Below, one piece after another: positions 9,293-18,719 of a DNA stretch of 32,000 nucleotides. The notes beneath the pieces were generated by a model that saw nothing but the letters and a program-made list of their open reading frames with translations, ran no database searches and had not been told where the DNA came from. Both the position numbers and the translations under genes were made by a program. Position 1 is the first letter of the stretch, and every line of letters starts with the position of its first letter. Source of the DNA: Halomicronema hongdechloris C2206 (GTDB lineage Bacteria > Cyanobacteriota > Cyanobacteriia > Phormidesmidales > Phormidesmidaceae); the NCBI RefSeq assembly GCF_002075285.3, contig NZ_CP021983.2:4530001-4562000 (forward strand), in the 5' to 3' direction.

Positions 9293-10525
9293 ATGGAACG
9301 ATCTAAAACGTTGGAGCTATCAGAACAAGCACTATTTCAGATTTTTTCTGGATTTGACCTGCAGGTCAAGAACAACCTGGCCAGGGTCCTGGTGGCGTTT
9401 CGCCAACATCGGGTAGGCACTCACCACTTTGCCAGTGTGTCTGGCTATGGCCACAATGATTTGGGTCGAGACACGCTAGATCAGGTCTTTGCCACGGTAA
9501 TGCAGGCGGAAGCTGCAGCGGTGCGGCTGCAATTCGTTTCAGGAACCCATGCGATCGCATGTGCCCTATTCGGCATCTTGCGACCGGGAGATGAAATGTT
9601 AGCGGTGGCAGGTCAGCCTTACGACACCCTAGAAGAAGTCATTGGCACTCGAGGCCAGGGACAAGGATCCCTACAGGAATTTGGCATTAGTTATCGACAG
9701 TTATCGCTGACTCCCAGGGGCACAATTGATTGGGCGACCTTGGCTGACGCTGTTCGATCCGATACACGGTTAGTGTTAATTCAGCGATCCTGCGGATATA
9801 GCTGGCGGCCCAGTCTCACCATAGACGATATCGAGGAGATCGTGCACGTGGTAAAACGGCAGAATCCTGATACCGTCTGCTTTGTAGACAATTGCTATGG
9901 TGAGTTCGTCGCCGATCGGGAACCCCCAGCCGTGGGCGCCGACTTAATCGCTGGGTCACTCATCAAAAACCCAGGCGGCACCATTGCTCCCACCGGTGGA
10001 TATGTGGCTGGTCGCACCGAGTGGGTAGAGGCCGCCGCCTATCGTCTCACGGCCCCAGGCATTGGCCGCCACGGCGGCACTACCTTAGACCAAACCCGCC
10101 TCCTCTTTCAAGGCCTATTCCTGGCCCCGCAAATGGTAGGAGAAGCCATGAAGGGCAACTATCTTATTGCGGCCACCTGTCATGGCCTGGGCTATCCCGT
10201 CAATCCCGCCGTCAATGCCGCCCAACGGGATGTCATCCAGGCGGTGCAACTGGGCAGTGCCGAGAAACTAATTGCCTTCTGTAAAGCGATTCAGCACTAT
10301 TCTCCAGTAGAGTCCTATGTGGAGCCGGTTCCCGCCACCATGCCTGGCTACGACAGCGATCTAGTCATGGCTGGTGGCACCTTTATCGATGGCAGCACCG
10401 CTGAACTGTCTGCCGATGGTCCCCTGCGTCCCCCCTACATTGTCTATTGTCAGGGCGGTACCCACTGGACCCATGTGGCTCTGGCCCTGGAGGCCGCCGT
10501 GGCCGCGATTGGACCAGCCCATTGA
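9293..10525 (+). CDS. PLP-dependent methionine gamma-lyase family protein (YnbB / aluminium-resistance-like)
   Basis: Contains the family-typical SGYGHNDLGRD motif and GSLIKNPGG (PLP lysine). The track start at 9284 is TTG; ATG at 9293 is preferred. Confidence 0.85.
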   Translation: MERSKTLELSEQALFQIFSGFDLQVKNNLARVLVAFRQHRVGTHHFASVSGYGHNDLGRDTLDQVFATVMQAEAAAVRLQFVSGTHAIACALFGILRPGDEMLAVAGQPYDTLEEVIGTRGQGQGSLQEFGISYRQLSLTPRGTIDWATLADAVRSDTRLVLIQRSCGYSWRPSLTIDDIEEIVHVVKRQNPDTVCFVDNCYGEFVADREPPAVGADLIAGSLIKNPGGTIAPTGGYVAGRTEWVEAAAYRLTAPGIGRHGGTTLDQTRLLFQGLFLAPQMVGEAMKGNYLIAATCHGLGYPVNPAVNAAQRDVIQAVQLGSAEKLIAFCKAIQHYSPVESYVEPVPATMPGYDSDLVMAGGTFIDGSTAELSADGPLRPPYIVYCQGGTHWTHVALALEAAVAAIGPAH

Positions 10526-10551
10526 TACAATAGGCCAGGCCCTATCTATCC

Positions 10552-11211
10552 ATGACTATGTTGACCATTGCCCTGCCAAAGGGAGCCCTATTGGAAGAGA
10601 CCATTCGCCGCTTCCAAGCAGTCGGCATCGACTTTAGTGCCTTTCAAGACTCATCCAACCGCCAATTGCAAATTGAAGATCCCAGCGGACGGACCAGGGG
10701 GCTGCTGGTACGAGCCCAGGATGTGCCAGTTTACGTCGAATATGGCCAGGCTCAACTCGGTATTGTCGGCTATGATGTGCTGCGGGAGAAACACCCCCAA
10801 GTGGCTCATTTGGCAGACCTAAGCTTTGGTGATTGCCGTCTATCGGTCGCGGTCAAGGCCGATAGCCCTTATCGATCGGCTCTAGATCTCCCCCCTCACA
10901 GCCGGGTTGCCTCTAAGTTTATTAATTGCGCTCGAGACTATTTCCAAGATATCGACCTGCCAGTGGATATTGTGCCCCTGTATGGTTCCGTAGAACTTGG
11001 CCCCATTACCGGCATGTCAGAAGCCATCGTAGATTTGGTCTCCACAGGGCGTACCCTGAGAGAAAACAATCTGATGGAATTAGAAGTGCTGTATCACAGC
11101 ACTGCCCGACTGATTGCCCATCCCCTGAGTTATCGATTGAACGTTGATGGCTTGGGAAATGTAATTGAAGCCCTGCGACAGTCATCGCTGGTGCCAGCTT
11201 CGGTTAACTAG
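10552..11211 (+). CDS. hisG: ATP phosphoribosyltransferase, short (HisZ-dependent) form
   Basis: Contains [36 protein letters not shown]; 219 aa. Confidence 0.92.
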   Translation: MTMLTIALPKGALLEETIRRFQAVGIDFSAFQDSSNRQLQIEDPSGRTRGLLVRAQDVPVYVEYGQAQLGIVGYDVLREKHPQVAHLADLSFGDCRLSVAVKADSPYRSALDLPPHSRVASKFINCARDYFQDIDLPVDIVPLYGSVELGPITGMSEAIVDLVSTGRTLRENNLMELEVLYHSTARLIAHPLSYRLNVDGLGNVIEALRQSSLVPASVN

Positions 11212-11722
11212 CTATGCCCTGAGAAGGGGTAGATTCCTGAGCAGCAGAGGACTGGCCAGGGGCAGGCGAGCGACGGCGATGGCGATGGCTGGGTCTTTGG
11301 TACAGGGAGCCCAGCGCTAGGGCTGCAGCTAAGAGCATCCCCGCTATGCCCAAGGTAAATAGCGCCAGCGAGAAGACAATCAAGCCATCGAGCGACACCA
11401 GGGTACGCAGAGCCAACCCTAGCAGACTAGCTAAGAAGAGGGTCAGTACCCCATGGAGCACCCCAATGCTGTAACCAATCAGTCGATACGCCAATAGGAG
11501 TTGAGAGGGCCTGCGGCTAGCCTGGAGCCATTGCCCTGGCTGCTCTCCAAGCCATGGTCCTCTGGCCAGATAAGAGCGTCGCCGCTGCAGGCGATGCTGC
11601 AACTGGGTTGCCAGCGAACCATGGTGTAGCCATAGCACCAGCCAAAATAACGCAGCAAGCAGGGTCATCAGCGCTGAATTCAACATCAGTTGAATCAACT
11701 GGCTGGTTTGGTGCACAGACAT
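11204..11722 (-). CDS. Hypothetical membrane protein with a basic/Pro-rich C-terminal tail
   Basis: 172-aa ORF with 3-4 hydrophobic segments. It is the only long ORF in an otherwise 0.8-kb gap. It overlaps the hisG 3' end convergently by 8 bp. No family recognised. Confidence 0.5.
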   Translation of the reverse strand: MSVHQTSQLIQLMLNSALMTLLAALFWLVLWLHHGSLATQLQHRLQRRRSYLARGPWLGEQPGQWLQASRRPSQLLLAYRLIGYSIGVLHGVLTLFLASLLGLALRTLVSLDGLIVFSLALFTLGIAGMLLAAALALGSLYQRPSHRHRRRSPAPGQSSAAQESTPSQGIAS

Positions 11723-12020
11723 CGGCAGCTCCCTAGGGCAAGCATGTATAGGTCAAATGTACTATAAAATTACTCCGGGCGGGAATCCCGCTGGACAAAA
11801 ACGGACCGAGTCCCTTGCCATAGCTACAGCATGGTGAGGCGGCGGGGAATATGCCACTCCATTGCCTTTAGCGTCCTGGTGGTATCGATAACGGCGTGGC
11901 TCTTGTGAAGTCGCCGATGTGACCAGGATACGCTCGGGCAAGCTGCTCTAGGCAGATCGCTCTAGTGCTCCATCTGCTGGGCTCAGTATGGTAGCCTCTG
12001 TGAACGTGTGCCCTGGTTTC

Positions 12021-13103
12021 CTAAGAGGTAACGACGGAAGTCTTAGGGCGAGCAAAGATCATGCGACCGGCTGAGGTCTGTAGAGAGCCGGTGACCACTA
12101 CTGCGAGTTCATCGCCGATATGATCTCGACCTTCCTCTACGACAACCATGGTGCCGTCATTCAGGTAGCCGACGCCCTGCTGAGGTTCCTTCCCTTCTTT
12201 GACGATGCGCAGATCGATATCGTCGCCAGGGAGATAATTGGGGCGAATGGCCTGGGCTAGGTCATTGATATTCAGTACGTCGACGTCTTGGAAGCTAGCC
12301 ACCTTGTTGAGATTGTAGTCGTTGGTGAGGAGAGTGGCGTTGAGTTCTTGGGCTAACTTGACCAACTTGGCATCGACGGTGGGAATATCCTCGTAGTCAG
12401 CGGCATTGATCAAGACACGGTTGGGATAGGTCTCGCGAATACGATTGAGAATATCGAGCCCCCGTCGCCCCCGCACTCGCTTTTGATCATTGGACGCATC
12501 GGCCACTTGTTGTAATTCCTGCAGCACGAATTGAGGCACCAGAATTTGCCCTTCTAAAAACTTAGTGTCTAGGAGTCCCTCTATGCGGCCATCAATGATG
12601 CAGCTGGTATCGAGAACCTTTGTGGTAGAGGGCTTGAGGGTACCTTCGGCCAAGAGCATGGACTCGACGCTGTTGGGGTTAATGATACGTAATAGAGACC
12701 GCCCATGGGTATCGACCAAGTTCATGCCAGAGACAGCAAACAACACACTGCCCAAGACCGCCATCATCGGCTTGATAAACACAAACTCAGCGGGGATGGG
12801 CAGCAGGAATAGGGGCGCCAACATCAGGTTGGCAATCAATAGCCCCACCACTAGGCCAACGGCTCTGGTCAGCAGCCGATCCGGGGGCATATCACGAACT
12901 TGCTTTTCCAGGCGTCGATAGCTGGTTTGAACCACTAGCCCCAGGGCCGTTCCCAACAAGGCTCCAAATCCAGCGGTAACAGAACTCAGGCCTTCCAAGT
13001 TCGTAACCTGCTGTAGGATGCGCTGGGGCAACAAATCGACTGAATAAAAGCCAATCCCCGCCCCAGCTAGCATGAATGAAATGACAATTAGTGCGTCGAG
13101 CAT
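12021..13103 (-). CDS. PIN/TRAM domain membrane protein (YacL-like)
   Basis: Four N-terminal TM helices are followed by a PIN-like domain (KVLDTSCIIDGR...LTNDYNL) and a C-terminal TRAM-like beta domain (VVVTGSLQTSAGRMIFARP). Confidence 0.88.
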   Translation of the reverse strand: MLDALIVISFMLAGAGIGFYSVDLLPQRILQQVTNLEGLSSVTAGFGALLGTALGLVVQTSYRRLEKQVRDMPPDRLLTRAVGLVVGLLIANLMLAPLFLLPIPAEFVFIKPMMAVLGSVLFAVSGMNLVDTHGRSLLRIINPNSVESMLLAEGTLKPSTTKVLDTSCIIDGRIEGLLDTKFLEGQILVPQFVLQELQQVADASNDQKRVRGRRGLDILNRIRETYPNRVLINAADYEDIPTVDAKLVKLAQELNATLLTNDYNLNKVASFQDVDVLNINDLAQAIRPNYLPGDDIDLRIVKEGKEPQQGVGYLNDGTMVVVEEGRDHIGDELAVVVTGSLQTSAGRMIFARPKTSVVTS

Positions 13104-13260
13104 AGTAGGTCGCTACTCGGGCCAATCTCAGTGTACGGGCGATGGTGTCTCTTTAGAGAATCGGTATTGGGCTGGCGCTGTTGCCATTGATCTATGCTAT
13201 AGCATTCATTATAGTGATCCCTTTGGTGGGGATTTGTCCCCCGTTTCCCTATCGCTCCTG

Positions 13261-14523
13261 ATGCTGAGCATGGCTGCCTCCCATTCCCCTTGCCTGCGGA
13301 CTTGTCCGCCGAAGGCGGCCTATGTGCATATTCCGTTTTGCCGGCGTCGATGCTTCTACTGTGATTTTCCTATCTCGGTGATGGGCGATAGTCGGCGGGG
13401 AGAGACCTCGAGAACAGTGCGCCAGTATGTTGCCTGGTTGCAGCGGGAAATCGCAGCGACGCCGCCAGGGCCGCCACTGCGGACAATCTTTTTTGGTGGG
13501 GGGACCCCTTCCCTGTTGGATGGCTCCCAGCTGGCGATGCTATTGCGAAGCTTGCGGTGCCGCTTCGGCGTTGAGCCGGGGGTGGAGATCTCGGTGGAGA
13601 TGGATCCAGGCACCTTCACCCTAGAGCAGCTACAGCACTACCGCCAATTAGGGGTGACTCGTGTCAGTTTGGGGGTGCAGTCGTTCCAGAATGAGCAGTT
13701 GCAAGCCTGTGGTCGCACCCATCGTCGGGCTCAAATTGAGCAAGCCATTGGTTGGTTGCAGGCAGTTAACCTGCCCAGTTGGAGTTTGGATCTGATCTCG
13801 GGCTTGCCGGGGCAGACCCTGGCCAGTTGGCAAGAGACTCTGACCGAGGCAATCGCCCATGGATCGCCGCACCTGTCGGTCTATGACTTGACTCTGGAAC
13901 CCGGCACTGCCTTTGATCGGTGGTATCGTCCTGGGCAAGGGCCATTACCTAGTGATGAGACTACTGCGGCCATGTATCGCCTAACTCAGCAACTTCTGGT
14001 GGCTGCGGGCTATCAACATTATGAGATTTCCAACTATGCTCAGCCGGGGCATTCTTGTCGCCATAACCGTGTCTATTGGCAGAACCGTCCCTACTATGGC
14101 TTTGGCATGGGGGCGACGAGCTATGTCCATGGCCAACGGGTGAGTCGGCCCCGTACACGCCGCCAATACTATGGCTGGGTGGAGCAGTATGAGGCCCAAG
14201 GGGGGCGGCATAAAGAGCCGCTGACCTCTCGCCAAGATCAGGTCTTGGAGACCCTGATGCTGGGCTTGCGGCTGGCGGAGGGAGTTGCGATCGCACCATT
14301 AATTCCCCTAGCCGGGACCTCCCTGGTTTCCATCCTCGCTCGCTGTCTGAGACCCTACATCGATAAGGGCTGGGTACTCATTGATGGCGATAAAGACGAT
14401 ACTATCACCGCAGACAGCCGCATCCGACTGCGGGACCCAGAGGGTTTCCTCATGTCCAACACGATTTTGACTGCTCTCTTTGCAGCCCTTACCCCTGCCC
14501 CCCAATCGTGCCCCCAATCGTGA
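13261..14523 (+). CDS. hemW: Radical SAM heme chaperone HemW (HemN-like, oxygen-independent coproporphyrinogen oxidase family)
   Basis: Contains YVHIPFCRRRCFYCDF (CxxxCxxC), GGGTPS and HNRVYW. The track start at 13072 overlaps the divergent PIN/TRAM gene. ATG at 13261 or 13270 fits the family length. Confidence 0.88.
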   Translation: MLSMAASHSPCLRTCPPKAAYVHIPFCRRRCFYCDFPISVMGDSRRGETSRTVRQYVAWLQREIAATPPGPPLRTIFFGGGTPSLLDGSQLAMLLRSLRCRFGVEPGVEISVEMDPGTFTLEQLQHYRQLGVTRVSLGVQSFQNEQLQACGRTHRRAQIEQAIGWLQAVNLPSWSLDLISGLPGQTLASWQETLTEAIAHGSPHLSVYDLTLEPGTAFDRWYRPGQGPLPSDETTAAMYRLTQQLLVAAGYQHYEISNYAQPGHSCRHNRVYWQNRPYYGFGMGATSYVHGQRVSRPRTRRQYYGWVEQYEAQGGRHKEPLTSRQDQVLETLMLGLRLAEGVAIAPLIPLAGTSLVSILARCLRPYIDKGWVLIDGDKDDTITADSRIRLRDPEGFLMSNTILTALFAALTPAPQSCPQS

Positions 14524-14725
14524 TGACGATCTGGAGACATACGAGACCAGGGCAATGGTTACCGTTGATGCCGTTACTATATTATTTAACCGGAAGTTCA
14601 AACTCCCCTAAGCCGCTCTGGCCAATGGCCTGTCCCCTGTCACTGGCACGTCGCCGTCAGGAGACGACACTGGGCAGTGAGGTCTTTGCAGTACAATAGC
14701 TCCTTGTGAAATCCGTTGCTGAGCT

Positions 14726-16306
14726 ATGCCTAAGGTTCTTGTTTCCGACTCTATCGATCAAGCTGGACTTGATATTCTCTCTCAGGTAGCTCAGGTCGAC
14801 GTGAAAACCGGCCTGTCTCCCGACGAACTGGCTGCGATCATTTCTGATTATGACGCCCTGATGATTCGCTCGGGTACCCGGGTGACGAAAGCGGTCATCG
14901 AAGCCGGTAAACAACTCAAAATCATTGGTCGAGCTGGGGTTGGGGTCGACAACGTCGACGTGCCCATGGCCACTCGCCGCGGCATTGTGGTGGTCAACTC
15001 GCCGGAAGGAAACACCATTGCGGCGGCTGAACATGCCCTAGCCATGATGCTGGCCCTGTCTCGTCATATCGCCGCGGCTGACCAGTCCGTTAAAGCTGGC
15101 CAATGGAATCGCAAGCAATTTACCGGGGTAGAAGTTTATAAAAAGACCCTGGGAGTCGTCGGTTTAGGAAAAATCGGCTCCCACGTGGCCAACGTGGGGC
15201 GAGCCCTGGGGATGAATTTGTTGGCCTATGATCCCTTCATCTCATCGGAACGGGCCGATCAACTGGGCTGTCGTTTAGTGGATCTAGATCTGCTGCTGCG
15301 GGAAGCCGACTACGTCAGTCTGCACGTGCCGAAGATGCCAGAGACCATGCATCTGATTAATGAGCAGACCCTGGCGATCATGAAACCCACGGCCCGCCTG
15401 ATTAACTGCTCTCGCGGTGGCGTGATCGACGAAATTGCCCTGGCCAATGCCCTGAAACAGGGGCAAATTGCTGGCGCCGCCCTGGATGTCTATGAAGAGG
15501 AACCCCTAGGGAACTCTCCCCTAAAACAGCTGGACAAAAACGTCATTCTCACGCCCCATTTAGGTGCCTCTACCGAGGAGGCCCAAGTGAATGTGGCCAC
15601 GGATGTAGCGGAGCAAATTCGCGATGTGCTGCTAGGGCTACCGGCTCGTTCTGCCGTTAACATCCCCGGACTGCGGGCGGAAGTGCTGGATAAGCTGCGG
15701 CCCTATCTACAGTTGTCAGAAACCCTGGGCAACCTGGTGGGACAACTGGCTGGGGGCCGGGTGGAATCCCTCAGTGTGCGACTCCAGGGTGATATTGCCA
15801 ACCACGACAGCCAACCGATCATGATTGCCGCCTTGAAGGGGCTGCTATCCCATGCTCTGCAGGAACGGGTCAACTATGTCAACGCCAGTATCGAGGCCAA
15901 AGAGCGGGGCATTCATGTGGTGGAGACCCGAGACGCCGCCGTGAAAGACTACACTGGCTCTCTGCAGTTGATGGCCAAGGGCTCTTTGGGCGAACACTCC
16001 GTGACCGGGGTACTACTGGGGGGCGATGAGATTCGCATCACCGATATCGACGAATTTCCGATCAATGTGCCGCCAACTCGCTATATGCTGTTTACCCTGC
16101 ACCGGGATATGCCCGGTATCATTGGCAAGATAGGGTCTCTGCTGGGCAGTTTTAATGTCAACATTGCCAGTATGCAAGTGGGCCGTAAGATCGTACGGGG
16201 AGATGCGGTGATGGTGCTCAGTATTGACGATCCGCTACCAGAGGGCATTCTCTCGGAAATCACGAAGGTGCCGGGCATTCGTGATGCCTACACGGTAAGC
16301 CTTTGA
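14726..16306 (+). CDS. serA: D-3-phosphoglycerate dehydrogenase (long form with ACT domain)
   Basis: Contains MPKVLVSD, GVVGLGKIGSHVA (NAD fold), NCSRGG and PHLGAST. The C-terminal ACT region includes DMPGIIGKIGSLLG. 526 aa. Confidence 0.95.
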   Translation: MPKVLVSDSIDQAGLDILSQVAQVDVKTGLSPDELAAIISDYDALMIRSGTRVTKAVIEAGKQLKIIGRAGVGVDNVDVPMATRRGIVVVNSPEGNTIAAAEHALAMMLALSRHIAAADQSVKAGQWNRKQFTGVEVYKKTLGVVGLGKIGSHVANVGRALGMNLLAYDPFISSERADQLGCRLVDLDLLLREADYVSLHVPKMPETMHLINEQTLAIMKPTARLINCSRGGVIDEIALANALKQGQIAGAALDVYEEEPLGNSPLKQLDKNVILTPHLGASTEEAQVNVATDVAEQIRDVLLGLPARSAVNIPGLRAEVLDKLRPYLQLSETLGNLVGQLAGGRVESLSVRLQGDIANHDSQPIMIAALKGLLSHALQERVNYVNASIEAKERGIHVVETRDAAVKDYTGSLQLMAKGSLGEHSVTGVLLGGDEIRITDIDEFPINVPPTRYMLFTLHRDMPGIIGKIGSLLGSFNVNIASMQVGRKIVRGDAVMVLSIDDPLPEGILSEITKVPGIRDAYTVSL

Positions 16307-16342
16307 TCGCGGGTTGGTAAGGTTTGTGATTCTCGGGGACAT

Positions 16343-17230
16343 GTGAATAGCTGGTGGGATATTCAAGTCGTCTGTGATGCCGCGTTAGAAGACATTGTCT
16401 TTTGGCGGTTTGACCTTCTGGGTAGCCAGGGGACGTCGAGCCAACGCAAGGGACAAGCCCGCTTGATTCAGACCTATTTCCCCCAGCAGCGGTTCGAGTT
16501 GTTGGACTTAGCGGCGGTGGCGCTGTTGCTGCGGCAAGATGCCCTCTGCGCTGAGCTGCCGTTGCCGAGGGTGGACTGGTCTCTGATCGATGACGAGGAC
16601 TGGTCGAAGAGCTGGAAGCAGCACTGGCAGCCCCAGGCCATCGGAGACCGCCTCTTGATTCTGCCGGCCTGGTTGTCTCCCCCGGCCGATGTTGATCGTC
16701 AGATCCTCCGCCTCGACCCTGGGGTCGCCTTCGGCACCGGTACCCATGCCACCACTCAGCTCTGTCTAGAGTCCTTGGAAATGCGATTAAGTGATCCGAC
16801 GGCGGCCCCGGTGGTAGCAGATATCGGCTGTGGATCTGGCATTCTCGCCATTGCAGCCTTGTTAATGGGAGCACAGCAGGTCTATGCCGTCGATACCGAT
16901 GATATGGCAGTGCAATCGACCCGGGCCAATTTGGAGCTCAACCACTTGGACCCACAGCGCTGTCTGGTGACTCAGGGCACCTTGGAGACGTTGACGAAGC
17001 AGTTGCCGGGGCCGGTGGATGGCATCCTCTGTAATATTCTGGCTGAGGTGATTCTAGATTTGATTCCCCAGATGAGTGATTTGGCCAAACCCACCAGCTG
17101 GGGAATTCTCAGTGGCATTCTGTTGGATCAGTCTAAGCTGGTGGCTGATACCTTGGAGCAGTATGGCTGGGTGGTGGCTACTCTGTGGCGACGGCAGGAG
17201 TGGTGTTGTCTGAATATTCGCCGGACTTGA
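16343..17230 (+). CDS. prmA: Ribosomal protein L11 methyltransferase
   Basis: Contains [14 protein letters not shown] and [13 protein letters not shown] (SAM motif I), with a GTG start; 295 aa. Confidence 0.9.
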   Translation: MNSWWDIQVVCDAALEDIVFWRFDLLGSQGTSSQRKGQARLIQTYFPQQRFELLDLAAVALLLRQDALCAELPLPRVDWSLIDDEDWSKSWKQHWQPQAIGDRLLILPAWLSPPADVDRQILRLDPGVAFGTGTHATTQLCLESLEMRLSDPTAAPVVADIGCGSGILAIAALLMGAQQVYAVDTDDMAVQSTRANLELNHLDPQRCLVTQGTLETLTKQLPGPVDGILCNILAEVILDLIPQMSDLAKPTSWGILSGILLDQSKLVADTLEQYGWVVATLWRRQEWCCLNIRRT

Positions 17231-17295
17231 GGCGTTTGACTGGGGCGTTTGACTGGGGCGTTTGACTGGGGCGTTTGACTGGGGCGTTTGACTGG
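17231..17295. repeat. Tandem repeat, 13-bp unit GGCGTTTGACTGG x5 (perfect)
   Basis: Read directly. The array starts on the base after the prmA stop codon and ends 11 nt before the ATG at 17307. The last unit runs into GGAGAG (putative SD). Confidence 0.97.
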
Positions 17296-17306
17296 GGAGA
17301 GTCACT

Positions 17307-17489
17307 ATGGGGAGTCCGATTGGGTTTGTGGTGAAGGTATTTGCGATCGCAACCCTAATTGCCGTTGCCATCAAACATCTAGGGCCAACCCTAGCGATTC
17401 CGGCCACCCCCGCCGTCAGCCTCGGGCTAGTCTGTTTGCCCACCCTAGGGATCCTTGGCTGGTTAGGCTGGCATTGGCTCCGCTCCTAG
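17307..17489 (+). CDS. Small hydrophobic (2-TM) protein, hypothetical
   Basis: 60-aa ORF with GGAGAG 5 nt upstream of the ATG. It has two hydrophobic stretches (FVVKVFAIATLIAVAI and LGLVCLPTLGILGWLGW) and lies 28 nt upstream of the COG1900 gene. Confidence 0.5.
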   Translation: MGSPIGFVVKVFAIATLIAVAIKHLGPTLAIPATPAVSLGLVCLPTLGILGWLGWHWLRS

Positions 17490-17517
17490 CCTGACCGCTA
17501 CCGCCCCGAGGTTTGCC

Positions 17518-18699
17518 ATGGCCACCATCGACACCATCAACGACAAGATCCGCCGGGGGCAAGCCACCGTCATGACGGCGGCGGCCTTCAAAGCCCACGT
17601 GGCCGAGGTGGGAATCTCCCAGGCAGCCAAGACGGTAGATGTGGTCACCACTGGCACCTTCGAGCCCATGGAAGCCTCGGGAGCCATGTTAAACCTGGGC
17701 CATACGGATCCTCCCATCAAAATCCGTGACTGCTATCTGGATGGGGTGCCAGCCTACGCTGGCTTCGGGGCAGTTGACCTCTACCTGGGGGCCAGCCAAA
17801 TGGCCCAGGGCAGCGACAACGACGAGCCGCGGGAACGGGGCGGTGGCCATGTGATTGCCGACTTGGTGGCCGGTAAATCGGTGCATCTGCAGGCCACAGG
17901 GCAGGTCACCGATTGCTATCCCCGCGCCGCCTTCGAAACCACCATCAGCCAACACAGCATTAACCAGTTCTATCTGTTCAATCCCCGCAACCTCTATCAA
18001 AATTTCATCGTCGGCGTCAACGGCGGTGAGCGTCCCCTCTACACCTATCTCGGCCCGTTGCAGCCTCGCCTGGGCAATGCGGTCTACTCTAACCCAGGGG
18101 CTTTGGCGCCCCTGATGAATGACCCCGACCTCCAGGTGATTGGCATCGGCAGTCGCATCTTTCTGGGGGGAGGCATTGGCTATGTGGCCTGGGAAGGCAC
18201 CCAGCATTTTCCCCTGCAAAAGCGGCTGCCCAACCAGACGCCCATTGGCCCGGCGGCGACGGTGGCCCTGATTGGCGACGCTAAGCAGATGCAGGCCCGC
18301 TGGGTCCGGGGCTGCTTCTTCCGCGGCTATGGCCCTTCCCTGATGTTAGGGGTGGGGGTACCGATCCCGGTCCTGAATGAACCGGTGGCGCTGGGTTGTG
18401 CCGTTCGAGACAGTGAGCTGGTGGCACCGGTGGTTGACTTTGCCATTCCCCGTCGGGTGCGCCCCACCTTCGGCATGGTCAGCTATGCCCAGCTTAAGGC
18501 TGGCCGCATTACCATCGACGGCCGCCCGGTGCGCACCGCCCCGCTAGCGAGCCTCTATCTGGCCAACCAGGTGGCTGAGACCCTGAAACAGTGGATTGAT
18601 GCGGGGCACTTTCAGTTGACGGCCCCCGTGGCGCCGTTGCCATGCGATCGCACCTTCATCCCCCAAGACACCTGGGGCAGGCAGGTGACCCTAGGCTAA
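17518..18699 (+). CDS. COG1900/DUF39 family protein (annotated elsewhere as homocysteine biosynthesis protein)
   Basis: 393-aa ORF. The N-terminus (INDKIRRGQATVMTAAAFK...VDVVTTGTFEPM) and its collinearity match the DUF39 core as I recall it. There is no fused CBS or ferredoxin domain. Confidence 0.8.
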   Translation: MATIDTINDKIRRGQATVMTAAAFKAHVAEVGISQAAKTVDVVTTGTFEPMEASGAMLNLGHTDPPIKIRDCYLDGVPAYAGFGAVDLYLGASQMAQGSDNDEPRERGGGHVIADLVAGKSVHLQATGQVTDCYPRAAFETTISQHSINQFYLFNPRNLYQNFIVGVNGGERPLYTYLGPLQPRLGNAVYSNPGALAPLMNDPDLQVIGIGSRIFLGGGIGYVAWEGTQHFPLQKRLPNQTPIGPAATVALIGDAKQMQARWVRGCFFRGYGPSLMLGVGVPIPVLNEPVALGCAVRDSELVAPVVDFAIPRRVRPTFGMVSYAQLKAGRITIDGRPVRTAPLASLYLANQVAETLKQWIDAGHFQLTAPVAPLPCDRTFIPQDTWGRQVTLG

Positions 18700-18719
18700 G
18701 GCTGGAATTCGAGAAATGT

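Noticed and set aside
16260-16874. 204-aa minus-strand ORF, plus other long antisense or alternative-frame ORFs (17689-18219, 20699-21262, 25094-25543, 25832-26272, 27383-27751, 28842-29156, 13961-14299)
   Set aside because: Each overlaps a well-supported gene on the other strand or frame (prmA, COG1900, TPR, ppx, UPF0104, esterase, hemW). Each has the Arg/Pro/Gly-rich composition typical of off-frame translation in GC-rich DNA.
17288-17494. 68-aa alternative-frame ORF starting inside the 13-bp repeat array
   Set aside because: It has a non-ATG start within the repeat and a Cys/Arg/Pro-rich translation. The overlapping 60-aa frame has an SD and a coherent two-TM profile.
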